Part shown: positions 13,708 to 27,224 of the stretch, piece by piece
Position numbering within the stretch: position 1 is the stretch's first letter
Layout of the letters: each line of letters begins with the position of its first letter
Origin: Vicugna vicugna
Taxonomy: Eukaryota
Assembly (NCBI GenBank): GCA_013265495.1
Contig: MU057651.1
Span: 1-64,000 of the forward strand
Reading direction: 5' to 3'
DNA: 64,000 bases
The notes under the pieces: generated by a model
What the model was told of the DNA's origin: nothing
The model's database searches: none
The model's input: only the letters and a program-made list of their open reading frames with translations
Program-made: the position numbers and the translations under genes

Positions 13708-14650
13708 AAGATATTTTGATATTAGCCTAAGGAACAGCACACTCTGAAGTGGGAGGGAGCATGACTTGTTTCAGAAAAAGACCAAAACCAATGTGGCTGG
13801 AGCCTGGTGGGAAAAGTGCGGACAGTTGTAGGAGACACAGTAGAAGGGAAGCTATTGTAGGATATGGAGCAGTACTCAGGCCCAGCTGGCAATCTTACCA
13901 CATTTCCATAGTCAGTATACTTTCTCCATATCTGAGGCCACTGTGGCACAACATCTAGCCTCTGCACAAACCTTCAACATGCTTTCACACCTCAACATTC
14001 TCAACTGCTCTTTTGACTTGTTGCTTCCTTAGAAAAGTAGATGCTATCACAGAAAAGATTGTCTCTATGCTCCCACCACCAAACCTATCAATTTACCTGC
14101 CTCAGCACCCATGCTCCCTATTTCCCCTGCTGTGACAAATCTTAAGATAGCCCCGTCTCATTGCAGTGGATCACCCACTCCAAGACCCTGATTGTGTAAT
14201 TATCCCCATTGTCCCTTGCACCAGCAATATTCTTCTTTCTACTAGATGAGTGAACATATGCATGAAGAAGCAGATGAACTCATGAAAGACTTGAGAATTG
14301 GATAGGGGGGTAAAGAGGGAGGTGTTAGTGTGATCCTCAGATGTTTCACCTAATTATCTGCGTGATAGGTAGTGATATTAACTGGGATGGGCAACACATG
14401 ATGGATGCTTTCTAGAGGGAACACATGGGCCATCCTGATTTCTCAATACCTTTGTGTACCCAAGGGGAAAATGTTAAGAATGCAGCAAGATATTTAGATT
14501 AGAGACTGAGCTAGAGAGGAAAATGCCAAAAACATATGTGGGTGGATGGTAATTAAAGACATTCAAGTATAGATTATATGGCTGCCTAAGAAGAGAATGT
14601 GGCAAGAAAGGGAAAGATGGCCAAAAATGGGCAAGAAAGAACTCCCAACA
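13300..14650. mobile_element. L2 (LINE2) fragments
   Basis: Degenerate L2-like text (gacttttcagctgagacctggatgatgagaatgagc; gcagcaagatatttagattagagact). Confidence 0.5.
13666..13704. repeat. (TG)n microsatellite
   Basis: Seen directly. Confidence 0.95.
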
Positions 14651-15239
14651 TATGAACTTCAAGAATCTTCATTGAATACATGGCAGAACCCAGAATTAAC
14701 AGCCAGGCTGTTTGTCTCCTAATTCAGCTGCGCACTTTCCTCCATAGGATGCTACCCCTGGGAAGAACCTCTTTAAGGTAGGCTCAGCCTTGGGTTTGAC
14801 AGCCTCAAATAGAATCCTGTGGAGTAATTGTTTATGGGTTCTACCCACTCTGGACAAGTAAATTTCCCACTTCGTTGGACTTATCCCTCCTTTTGTAATG
14901 CTCTGCTCCTCTCTGCATACAACCCACTAGGATGTAAGCTCCTTAAGCACTTGGGCACTATCCTGTTCATCACTATGTCCTCCTAGCCCAGGGAAGATGA
15001 ACACATCCTAAATGCCCAATATGGAGGTCTTGTAGAATACACAAATATGACAGAGTACATAGACACATCAGAACACCATGCAGTCATTTAAGATAAAGGT
15101 ATAATTTTATACATGGCACTGTGGAATTAGGTCTTAGATATATCATTATGTAAAGCAAATGCAAAGGGCATAGCAGTGTGTGTAGTATTTGTCTGTTTTC
15201 TCATTCTGATGCTGTGGAAAATGTACTAGTTAGGCAGAG

Positions 15240-15760
15240 CAGAAGTATTCCAGTTCTGGCTGCCAGGCATGTGAGTGAGCCACTCTGGATATTCCATCAA
15301 CTGAGCCTCCAGATTGCTACATTAACAAACAAAACCATTAGGAACAGAAAAATTGCTCTGCTGAGCTCAGTCAACCCACAGAATCGTGAAAGATATTAAT
15401 GTATGGTCTTATTTAAAGCTACACCAAACTTTGTTGTGGTTTGTTATGTGGCAATAGGTAACTGAAACACCCTCGTTTAATGTTGACATTTTAGACACTG
15501 AAGTCAGCAAGCCCAGCTGAGCTCCCTGCCAACAGTCAGCATCCTCTGCCAGGAAAGCCAAATGATTCTAGTCTTCAGATGCTCAAAACTCCAGCTGCGA
15601 TTTAACTGCAATTTCGTAAGAGATGCCATGGGAGAAATACCCAGCTGACCCAGTCAATCCACAAAGCTCCAAGAGATGATTATGGTGATGATGATGATAA
15701 CAACAGTAATAATAAATTGTTGTTTTAAGCTCCTAATTTGGGGCAATAAATAACCAGCAT
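15240..15760 (+). mobile_element. MaLR MLT1 LTR fragments (two 3' ends in tandem)
   Basis: gagctcagtcaacccacagaatcgtga...ggtttgttatgtggcaataggtaactgaaaca and a second similar end. Confidence 0.6.
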
Positions 15761-17719
15761 GATATAGAAAGTGAAACAAATTAGTGTGTAGACTTAAAAG
15801 TTTTTACTAAGCATATACTAAAACACACATATCATATGTTTCTATGTTTAGTGAAATCACATGATGTATACTGATCTGAAACATTTTTCACTTAAAAATA
15901 AGTCTTGGCTATAGTTTTTTTATCACTGAATATACAGCTACCTCTTGCTCTGAAATGTATGAAGAGTATTCCATTATATTTTTAAGTATTCACATGAGAT
16001 AAATATAATTGAGTCCACCTCCCTTTCTATTCACTCTGTCCTCTCCCCAGATGTAACCACACTCCTGTGCTGATGTATATCTTACCATATATATTTCTAT
16101 ACTTCTATTATATATATATACACACACTATATTTAAAATAAATAATACTGAAATATGTTATATAATATAAAATGTGGTATTATATATAAAATATTTTAAA
16201 GTATATAAAATTATTTTTGGACATGTAAAAATGTTTACATTGTCAAAGAAATTGACAAAAAATAGTCTGCTTTTCTCATGTAATATTATGTTTAATATTC
16301 ACACATATTGCTATAGAGAGATGTAGGTAGGTCATTCATTTTAACTGTGCATAGTGTTCTGTTGTGTACATGCCCCAAAATTCTTTATTTCCTTATTAGT
16401 GATATTTATTTATTAATAGATACTTCCATGCATCTTAGTTTATGGATTACATTACTATTTCCCACCTTGTCATTCTTGTCCAAGTCACCAATTCTTTTGG
16501 CTCCTGTCTGACATTCCCACCTCATTGTGTATATCTTCTTTTAAGGGAGATGATAATTATTAGTAGTAACATATCTGAATAGTGCTTATAATTTACAAGC
16601 ATCTTTATGTATATTATGTCATACAATCTTTTCAAAAGCTATTAAACTGGACTTGAGAGAAATTAAGTGGCTTGTTCAGGTTCACAGAGATAGTGGCAGA
16701 GTTCTAGACTCAAGTTTAGGTTGTTTTCCAAGTCATGCTTTGCCTATTAGGGGACAGGGAAGAATGCTGAAGGATATATGATAACTATATCTCAGGCATT
16801 TGTGATATGGAGAATTGAACTGAGAAGCTTACTTGTGTAATGAAAAATATACCGAATTCAGAGTTACAAAACTTGCCTTTCAGGCTCTTCTCTACAGTTT
16901 TGGCTGGAAAATAAAGTTGATGTTTATGCAAAGTCAGCTAGTCATTAATAACATCCTCACTCCCAAAGTCTATGTGGTATATTTCAAGTGGTAGAGCTCT
17001 GAGTTTTTATATACAAATCCTTCTTTCATTTTGGGTGTTGGTAATTTCTGGATAACTCCAGATTCTGGCTCATGGAGCAAGCATGTTTGTATAATGTGCT
17101 GGTTTCCATGTGATTGGGAGATTTTGTTGCAACACAAACGGTTTTTTTAAATGTTGCCAGGGCTAAGTTTATTTCCAAATGATGTCTTATGATCATTTTG
17201 GATCTTTTGTGATACGTAGTTATTTTTTTCACTCATTTTTTTTCCTGATTATTTTTGAGAGATTTGAGGGATGAATTGTTCCTCTGAGCAGACATGATAA
17301 GAGCTTGAGGTAAAAGGAAAAAAAAGTGTACTACTCACATTTTTAAACTTAAAATTTCTTTTGAACAGAAATCATTTTTCTAATTGAGAAGCACTCAAAC
17401 AATATCCAAATACTTACTACTCACAAAGACAACAAAACTTAGCTTTTGGTATTTATCTATCATTTTTAACCTTGTACAAAACTTTTAAACATATTTAGAA
17501 TTAAGAAATTTCCACAGCTGTATTTCAGAAAGTATGTTTTTTAATCAAGTCAAATATGTCAAATGTTATTTGTGACAAAATATTAAGCATTGTAAGTAAT
17601 CAAATATTCTATTTAAAAATTCATAGAAGAAAGCAAGCATAATATTGTACTGCTCTCTTGGGATAATTGTGAAAAATAACTGTATATTGACATTACATTG
17701 TAGAGAATTTAAAAACATA

Positions 17720-19530
17720 TAGAGAGAAGGTATCTCCAAAAATGGCAGAGTAAGAAACCCAAAGTTTCCATGCCAAAAACTGTCAGAATAAATGTTTGCT
17801 GAACTCTGGAATCTAATTTTAAAAACTACAACAAGCAGGGGGAAACCTGTTGAAGAGAGAGGCTCTTGCACTGCAGTAAGAAAGTGCTGTGGTGTTTTAA
17901 ATTGCCAGCCCACCATCCTGAACACCCCAAATCAGCTGGTGAAAGTTGCCAGTACCAGAAGGTGCTTGATGGATTTTATTCTCAATGAATTGTGGCTATG
18001 GGTCTCAACCCATCAGGCAGATTCTCCTCAAGGATAGACACAAATGTCCCTCTTTGTTTTGCTTGACTCAGAGCCTTCCCAAGGAGTGGAGTGGTTTTTG
18101 CCAAAAGCATTGAAAGGCTCAGATATTAACCACAGCAGCCTGGAGCAAAGGACAACACTCAGAACAAACAATAAACATAATGAAAAACCTGGGAGGAAGA
18201 GGCTGTGAAAGGAGATACATGGGGGAATATGGGCTTTTAAAGGTTCCCCAGTATACAGGGGGATTGAGACATCCACACATATACCAAGGATGGGATGCAT
18301 TTGCTTTAAAGGCCTGAAGAGACCCAAAGCTTTCACCTCTGGCTGCCTTTCAGATTCTGGGCAAACAGGAAGTGAAAACTAGGGCAGAGTTGTAAATGGC
18401 CTGGTTGAGCAATGAGTTGTCAAAACCAGCTGACTGCAACACAGACTTCAGTGGACACACATGATAAAGAATACAGACTTTACAAAAATAGTTTAGAAAG
18501 ATCACTAAACAAACAATCAACCACAAACCACAACAGCCCCCAACAACAAATCCCAGGAAGAGGGAAGAGTATGATTTCCAGAGGTGCCACATAATATTCA
18601 AAATGTCCAGCTTCAACAACAAAAAATTATGAGGCATGCAAATAAAGTATGGTTTATTCACAGGAAAAAAGAAATTAAGAGAAGCTGCCCCTGAGGAAGC
18701 CCAGAGATTGGGCTTACTAGAAAAAAACTTTAACCACTGTTAATATGCTCAGAGAGCTAAAGGAAATAAATCATGGACAAAGAACTAAAATAAATGAGGA
18801 GAATGATGTCTTCCCAAATAGAGGATATCAATAAACAGGAAGAAATTATAAAAAGGAACCAACAGAAATTCTGGAGCTGAAAGGTACCATACCATCAGAT
18901 GTAAACAGGCAGAAGAAAGAATCAGGGAACTTTAAGGTAAGTCTATTGAAATTATGCAGTCTGAAGAGCAGAAAGAAAAAGCAGAAACAGAGAAAGAAAA
19001 AAGGTTATTTGAAGAAATGATTGGTAAACCTATGAAATCTAAGGAAAATCACAAATACACACAAAGTAGAAGCTCAACAAACTCCAAGCAGAATACATTC
19101 ACCAAGACACATTACAATCAAATTATCAAAGCCAAAGACAGAGTATCCTGAAAGTAGCATTAGGTATCAGGTTTTATTTGGATCCTGGTCCAAACAAACT
19201 GTTAAAAAAAACTGTAACAGAATTGGGAGTTTGAACACCAATTACACATAAAATGATATTAAGGGATGATTAATCGTTAGGTGTAATAATGGTATTGTGG
19301 TTATACATAAAAAAGTCCTTGTAGATGTTTACTTTGAAATACTTATTCAAAAAATGATATTATGTCTGGGATTTGCTTCAAAAATAATCTCTAAGGATGG
19401 GAAGTGTGTAAGGCTATAGATGAAATAAGACTGGCTATGAGTTGTTCTCTGTGTACACTGGGTGATGAATGTATTGACTTTCATTATACTATTCTATTTT
19501 TGCATATGTTTGAAATTTTCAGTAGTAAAA
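17720..19530 (+). mobile_element. Old L1M 5'/ORF1 fragments plus L1M 3' end
   Basis: aaaatggcagagtaagaaac 5' start; gaaattctggagctgaaag and gaagctcaacaaactccaag ORF1 remnants. Confidence 0.7.
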
Positions 19531-20129
19531 GTTACAGTTAATGTAAACTATAAAGAGGAGGAATTTTTAACCAAAAAAAGAACAAAACAGAAAAGTGTTA
19601 AGAAAAATTAGAAACAATTCCGTCTCTTTGATTCATTTCCTGGTCCCCTGCTCCCATGCATTTGTGTATAGAGAAAACGGTGGGCATTGCTAGCAAGAAA
19701 GACAACAGCTTGGAAGTGGGGTGGGCGTGGCACCTTGCTCATCATAGATATTCTTGCATTAATTTTGTTTTTTTGAATATTGCATGAAATGCGACTTCTG
19801 TAAGGGGGTTTTGCATCCCCTTAAATTTTGCTCCTGAAACCTGGCAGGTGAGGGTTGTACCCTGGGAGCAGAGGAGGGGAAAGACAAGTCCCCAGAGAAG
19901 TGGGAACGGCTAACGGCCCTCCGAGAAGATACTGCCTTTCCGTGGCAGGCAGAGAAAAGCCCGGGAACCCACGAGGCCTGCCGGTGCCCTGAGAAGGGAC
20001 CCGGGGGCCGGGGAGGTGGGGGGGCGGGCGGAGGCAGGCGGGGGCGTGGCCGCTCTCTGTGACGAAGGCCCCACGTGACCGGCCGGCGCCGACTCGCACG
20101 CCCCTCGCTATAGCCTCAGAGCTGACCGT

Positions 20130-20220
20130 CACTCGCTCGCTGTCGGTCCGTGTTCCCGGTGGCCCTGAGGGAGTGCGGGCCGGGGGAGGACCCCAAGAGT
20201 AGGAGGCGGAGAGGCAGCAG
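20130..20220 (+). other. BEX non-coding exon 1 (start approximate)
   Basis: Strong donor CAG|GTAAGG at 20220/20221 just downstream of the promoter motifs. Confidence 0.65.
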
Positions 20221-20645
20221 GTAAGGGACCTGGAGGGGGTCCCCGGGAAGGGTCTCCGGAGGTGGCGCGGGCGAACGGACGCGGCTCGCGGACCCTCCCC
20301 CGGGGTCCGGCTGCCCCGGGGCGGAGACCGCAGCCCCCACGGCCCCGGCGGCCTGGCGTTCGGCCGCAGAAAACCGTAGGCCTGCCCGGGGGTGGGGGCG
20401 GGCTGGACGGCCCTGCGGCGGCGACCCCTCGCGAACACCTGCCTCCCGCTGCACCGCGAGCCTTTCCGACACCCCCGCCCCGCCCCCGTTCTTCTCGGTG
20501 GGGAAAATGGTGTTCGGAGTCGGGGTTGGGGGTGGCCGAGGGTGGGGGCGCGGGCGGCCCGGGTTGGGGGCGCACGGCCGGGAGGGGGCCGAGCTCCCGG
20601 CTGCGGCAGCCCCCTGCCCTACCCCCCGACCCCGGCCCTCTGCAG

Positions 20646-20723
20646 GTCTGCGGGTCTAAGTGTCGCGGCGGCGCACTCGTGGCGAGCATCGGGAGAAGCA
20701 GGAGACAGCAAGGATAGGCCCAG
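20646..20723 (+). other. BEX non-coding exon 2
   Basis: Acceptor ccctctgcAG| (20644-20645), donor CAG|GTCGGT (20724). Ends in gcaaggataggcccag, as I recall for BEX-family 5'UTR exons. Confidence 0.72.
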
Positions 20724-20986
20724 GTCGGTGCGGGGGACAGCGGGGGAAGGAGGGGGTAGGCAACGGGTGGAAAACCCCGAGACCCCAAATGCTGCCCCCA
20801 CCCAACCCCGTCCTCCATTTTGGTGCCTGCAGAGGCCTGGGCATGGATCGGCAGGGAAAATGGTGGGTTTTGGGTGAGGGAGGGGGGAGAGCTCGGACTG
20901 TCGGCCCCCTACCGGGCGTAGGGAGCCTCTCAGGTGGGAAAATGAAAATTTGAAAAGCCGTTGACATCCGGGGCTCCTTATCTTGA

Positions 20987-21698
<712 letters not shown>

Positions 21699-21710
<12 letters not shown>

Positions 21711-22061
21711 AAGGAACAAGCAGTAAAAAATCTCAGCATGGAAAATGCCCCACAAGAAAACGAAGGAGAGGACCAGGCCCCTTTGCAGAATGGAGAGGAA
21801 TCACGCGATTTGGGAGGGGGAGAAGGCCAGAAGCCTGGAGGAAATGTCAGGCTGGGGCGAGTTAGGCGCCTTGTCCCCAATTTTCGATGGGCCATACCCA
21901 ACAAGCATGTTGAGCACAATGAAGTGAGAGTTAAAGTAGAAAAGTCTGTAGGGCAGATGGTGGAGATCAAGAGAAAGGTCAGGAAGCAACAAATGAAGCA
22001 TCATGTGCGCTTCCAAACTCCTGAACCTGACAATCATTATGACTTTTGCCTTATACCTTGA
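21699..22061 (+). CDS. BEX4: BEX4 protein, 120 aa, single coding exon
   Basis: ATG 21699 after acceptor AG 21692-21693. Protein has LGGGEGQKPGGN, GRVRRLVPNFRWAIPN and FQTPEPDNHYDFCLIP, typical of BEX4. Its + strand position before TCEAL8(-) and TCEAL5(-) matches known synteny. Confidence 0.92.
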
Positions 22062-22266
22062 ATCTTAAGGCTTTCCCTGAGGCGAATAATGTGGCCTCTG
22101 CTCTACATGCTTGTAGTTTTGTGATTTACTTTTTCTGTAAACCTTTTGATGTTTCCACTTACCAGTTTCTAATCGAATATTGTTTTGTCTCAGCAAAAAA
22201 CTTTCTGTCCAGCAGGGCAATTTCGTCCAGTTACAGGGAAAAAAATTCATTTCATAATATGAAATT

Positions 22267-22272
22267 AATAAA
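22267..22272 (+). terminator. Polyadenylation signal of the BEX locus
   Basis: AATAAA ~205 nt after the BEX4 stop, followed by T-rich sequence. No AATAAA or ATTAAA occurs between the two BEX ORFs. Confidence 0.75.
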
Positions 22273-23814
22273 GCAGTTTAAAAAGCAACCTTCCTCTTCC
22301 ATCTCATTCTTTATTTTTTGTTAATGTTACCTTTCTTCTCCTACGTACCTGGACTCAAAATCTCAATTGTCTTTGACTAGTTTCTCTTGTCCTCAACCAA
22401 TTAGGAAGGATCATATTCATGATTCAATATCTAATATCACTCTAAGAATGCATGTCCTAGTTTTTTCAAGGAGTGTGAGTCCACCATTGGCATAAAAACA
22501 CTTTGATGGGGGAGCTTTTTGAGAATGTAGAACCTCTGGCTCCTATCCTCCAGACCCACAGAGTGGGACTCCAGAATCTCCACGTATTAGTAAGATCTCC
22601 AGGTAATTCTAGTGTACACCAAAATCTGAGGACACTATTGTATGTATGTATGTTAGGTATCTGTGTACATGTGTGTATGTCATTGTGTGTATATATATTC
22701 CATGTACATATGTGGGTATTGTGTCATACTAAGTGTCAACAGAGTAAGTAGAAAAACAAGAGAATACTTACCGAATTCAGTGGGCAAAAGCATTAATAAA
22801 AGTACAAGATCTTAAAATAGACTGATTTATTGTAAGAGTAGTAGGGACAGTGGCAGATGAGGGTACTGGATTTAGAGATGCTAAGTACTAAGGGTACCTC
22901 CTATTGTATATTTTAGGAGGGAGCATCTGACCTTGGCCATTTCTTATAGGACTTTGTAATCTGGAGATGGATAATATTTGACTTGTTACTGATAAACTGA
23001 GGAAGATCAAAGAGAGACTCAGCAAGATGAGTTGTTTTCTGTATTTCCAATGCAGACACTTTGATTTTTAGAATACAGCAGAAAGAAATCTTAAAGATCC
23101 TTCAATCCAGTGTTCTTCAAAGTGAGAATTACCACCCATTATGGCTATTGAAGTCAGTTTTGTGGGTTACAACAAGCAATTTAGAAAACAAAAAGTTCAT
23201 CTCCCATGAGTAGTGTTAAGAATTATTTTGAGAAAATTGTTTCTGTTCTACATGTAAGAGATAGTCACCTTATAAGATGTATTTATAACAGTAGGTCACA
23301 GGGTAAAAAATTGAAAGTCACTTCTGTCCAGACTTCATTTCACAGATGAAGAAACTAGGTAGGAAAGTGATTTTTTTCAAGGTCACACAATCAGTGGTAA
23401 AGTTGGGACCACAGTTCCCAGTTCAGAGTGCTTGTCACCTCACCACGGTGCCTTTATAAGGCATGATTTGGAAAATTTTGCAGAGTGTATTGATTGCCAG
23501 TGGTGTGTATGAACAAACATGTACAACTTATACAAAATCACTGTTTATTTGATGTTAACACTTCAGTCATCAGAGTCCCTACATGTTCAGTTAAGAAACA
23601 TATTTAAGGAGAACTCTGCCCCTTAATATTTTGAGACAGGAATGATCTTTCATTTTTTGTCTAGAGGAACGGGATGATAGGAGAGTCTGATCTGAAAATG
23701 CATGGTGGTGTGAACACATAGGCACTTCATAAAGTCTGGCTGATTGAATGTTTTTCATGAATGGCCTTTCAGTTCCTCTGAAAATCAATACTGTGCCTTC
23801 TACACCAATCCTAG

Positions 23815-24325
23815 ATTTCCTGAGGTAGCCTCAATTGAAAAACCTGGGAATGAAATCCGAGCTTGATTGGTAGAAGGAGAACTGAAGGAAGCCTCGCCAA
23901 GGTTTCTGGGGGATGGTGGGGATGAGAACAGACTTTCTGGAAGGGCCAATGTTGGGTTCAGAATATGGTTTTTTGACGAACTGAAATAAATCCCATCCCC
24001 TTGGTGTTTCTGAGGGAGTGGGATGATGAGGTCAAAGCTCTCTAGAAGTGGTAAAGTTCAGAGAACAAGGTCATAATGTGATTGCTGAAGGAGAACCAAA
24101 TTAAGACCCGTCTCTGGGGAGTTTCTCTGATGGTCGGGGATGAGTACAGAACTTTGGAGAAGCAGTAAAGTTCAGGAACCATGATCAGAACATGCCTGTT
24201 GAAGGCAAACTGAAGGACGTGCCGTTTCCTGGATGTTTCTGTAAGGGTGGAGGAGTGAGGACAGAACGTTCTGGGAGAAAGTAAAAGGGAGCCGAGTCAG
24301 TAGATGATTGATGGAGAACTGAGTT
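23815..24325 (+). repeat. Degenerate tandem repeat, ~105-115 bp unit, ~4-5 copies
   Basis: Recurring GAAGG(A/C)(G/A)AAC at 23873, 24087, 24201 and a variant at 24310. GTTTCT at 23902, 24006, 24121, 24235. GGATGAG-like and GTAAAGTTCAG motifs recur in register. Confidence 0.7.
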
Positions 24326-24864
24326 ACCACATGAATGCTTCCATCAATTTATACATCCCGTAGGAGAGTCAACTTTCCTGATAATGGTGAACAGTACAGT
24401 CTGACTTTTTAAGATTATAATAAAGAGCTATCAGTGGGCGTGTGCCAAAAGAAGCCTGCAAGAAAATAAAATGAATCTCTTAAAAGAAAAATAGGTCAAC
24501 CAGGAGCAACAAAATGGACTCATATTCATCCCTATCAGTCATTTATAGTTTCATTTTTGTGAATTTTTAGTATCTTGAGGATAATATGTGTATTTTTACA
24601 CATTTTGAAGGTTGGGATAGAAGCTTAGTAAATAAGGAGAAAAAGAGGACTCTCTAAGAAGGGCCTTTCAGTAGCAATATGCTGTTTTCTTTAAGTTACA
24701 GAAAATGGAAATATCACTCAGGGAGTCTTTAAAGAGGCCAGCAAAGGGGAAAAAATGAACTTACAATGGAAAAAGCAAAAACAAACAAAATGTCATGAGA
24801 GCAAAACAACAAAACAGGTTATCACTTTCATCCTTTTCTGTTAGTACCTACATGTGAGTAATTA

Positions 24865-26557
24865 TTGTAGCTTTATTAAGGTATAAAGTTTTAAAAGTAC
24901 CTGAAGTATTCAATTTGATACATAAATTAAGGCTTATGAAACCATGATCACAATCAAAATAGCAAACACTTCCATCACCTCCAAAACTTTCTTTCACCCC
25001 ATTTGTAATCCATCCCTCCTTTCATCCCCAATCCCACACAATTTCTGATTGTTTTCTGTCACTGTAGTTTTCATTTTATAGTATTTTTAAATATAGAATG
25101 AATCATAGAGCATATACTCTTTTATTTTTGTCGGACCTCATTCATTAAATGTAAAGATTTTGCTTGTAATACTCCTTTTTATTCCTTTCTATTGGTGAGC
25201 AGTATTACATGATATGGTGAATGTTTATCCATTCATCTTTTGATGGACATTTAGGTACTTCCCAATTTTTCACTATTACAAATAAAGCTGATATGAACAT
25301 GCCCATACAAAGTTTTGTGTAGATATAGGTTTTCATTTTTTTTTCAGGTAAATACCTAGGAATGGAATGACTATGTTGTATAGGAGTTATAAGCTTAATT
25401 TTTAAGAAACTGTCAAACTGTTTTTCAAGGTGATTTCACCATTTTACATTTCCATCAGTAGAGTTTTGGAGTTCCAATGTCTTCTCATTCTCACCAGCAC
25501 TTAGTATGGTCAAGATTTTTTTGTCAACATTTTAAAATGTTAACCATTTTAAAGGGTATGTAGTAGTATCTTGTGGTTTTAATTTTCATTTCTCTGGTGA
25601 CTAGTGATGTTCAGCATATTTTCACTATTCATATATCTTTTTTTGTGGAACAATTTGTCCAGATGTTTTGCTCATTTTAAAATTTGGATGTTTGTCCTCA
25701 TTATTGAGTTGCAAGAGTTCTTCATAAATTCTACAATCAATTTCTTTTACATATCTGTTGTGAATTTTTTTCACTGTCTTGGTTGGCGTTATTCATTTAT
25801 TTAATGGTTTCTTTCAAAGAGCAAGTTTTAAATTTTTATGAGGTCTATTTAATCCACTTTTTCTTTTATAATTGTGTTCTATTTAACAAATGTGCTACCT
25901 AATCCAAGGTTATGAAGATTTTCTCCTATATTTTCTTTTAACAGTTTTATAGTTTTATGCTTTTCATTTTGGTCCATGAACCATTTCAAATTAGTTTTTA
26001 TGTACAGTGTGAAGTAAACTCTGTTGTTCATTTGTTCCATATTGATATCCAATTAATACAACACCATTTATTGAAAAGACCTTCCTTTCTTCATTGCATA
26101 TCTTTCTACCTTTGTCAAAAATCAAGTACTCATGTACATGTAGATTTGTTTCTGTACTCTCTATTCTGTTCCATTGATCTACACGTCTATCTTTTCACCA
26201 ATATTAAACTGTCTTGATTACTATAGCCTTACAGTAAGTTTTGAAATTAGGTAGGGAAAGTTCTGCAACTTTATTCTTCTCTACTAAAATTACTGTGGAT
26301 ATTCTAGATCGTTTGAATTTTCATATACATTTTATAATCAGTCAGTTATCTATTTTTTAAGCTTGCAGGAATTTTTATTGGGTTTGCTTTGAATCTGTAG
26401 ATCAAGTTGTTGAGAATAGCTATATTAACAGAGTCTTCAAACACATGAACATGGTGTAAACTTCCGTTTATTCAGATCTCATTAAATTCTCTCACACAGT
26501 GTTTTGTAGTTGTCATTGTTGGGATCGTGGATCTATTTTGTTAGATTTACTCCTAGG
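24865..26557 (-). mobile_element. Old L1M 3' half
   Basis: T-rich antisense ORF2/3'UTR text (caccatttattgaaaagac; ctgttccattgatct). Confidence 0.8.
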
Positions 26558-26987
26558 TATTGTGAGTTCAGTTCCAGATCAGCAATAAAGCACAATAAAG
26601 TGAGTCACACAAATTTTTTGGTTTCCCAGTGCATATAAGTGTTATGTTTATACTATACTATAGTCTATTAAGTGTGTAATAGCATTATATCTTAAAAATA
26701 TATATACATACCTTAATGTAAAAAGACATTATTGCTAAAAAATGTGAAAATAATTAAAATGGTAACATCAAAGATCACTGATCATGGATCACCATAACAA
26801 ATATAATAACAATGGAAAAGTTTGAAATATTGCAAGAGTTACCAAAATGTAATACAGAGACACAATGTGAGTAAATGCTGTTGGAAGAATGGCACCAGTA
26901 GACTTGCTCAATGCAAAGTTGTCACAAACCTTGTATTTGTAAAAAAACATGCAATAAAGTGAAGCACAAAAAAGTGAGGTACGCCTG
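26558..26987 (-). mobile_element. Internally deleted Tigger1 (TcMar) DNA transposon
   Basis: Both Tigger1 ends are recognisable (ttggtttcccagtgcatat...; ...gtgaggtacgcctg followed by TA). Confidence 0.8.
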
Positions 26988-27019
26988 TAGTATACAGCAA
27001 ATCAAAAAAATAAGGGAGA

Positions 27020-27120
27020 GAGATGAGTATAGCTCAGTGGTAGAGTGCGTGCTTAGCATACATGAAGTCCTGGGCTCAATCCCCAGTACCTCCTTAAAAT
27101 TTTTTTTAATTAAAAAAAAA
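27020..27120 (+). mobile_element. tRNA-derived SINE (vic-1-like)
   Basis: gtatagctcagtggtagagtgcgtgcttagcatacatgaagtcctgggctcaatccccagtacctcc plus A-rich tail. Confidence 0.85.
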
Positions 27121-27224
27121 ATAATAATGGAGACTTCTAATTAAATTTTGCAAATTGACTACAAGTTCTTTTGTCTTCCCTTCTTTGTGAGAGTTCACAA
27201 GAATTAAGTAAACCAATAATCTGT

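Larger units (their letters stand above)
19900..20950 (+). promoter_or_regulatory. CpG island / promoter of the BEX4 (and BEX2-like) locus
   Basis: Very GC- and CpG-rich. GC boxes at 20025-20050, TGACG 20060-20064, E-box CACGTGAC 20072-20079, TATAG 20109-20113. Confidence 0.85.

Noticed and set aside
19821..20953. Long overlapping ORFs (up to 229 aa) in the BEX CpG island
   Set aside because: Pro/Gly/Arg-rich, on both strands, spanning splice sites; expected stop-codon scarcity in GC-rich DNA.
23815..24325. CRISPR-like repeat-spacer array
   Set aside because: Mammalian DNA; units are degenerate along their whole length, with no identical repeats, unique spacers or cas genes.
27020..27095. 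tRNA gene calls for the tRNA-like sequences
   Set aside because: A-rich tails, TSDs and multiple diverged copies show they are SINEs.
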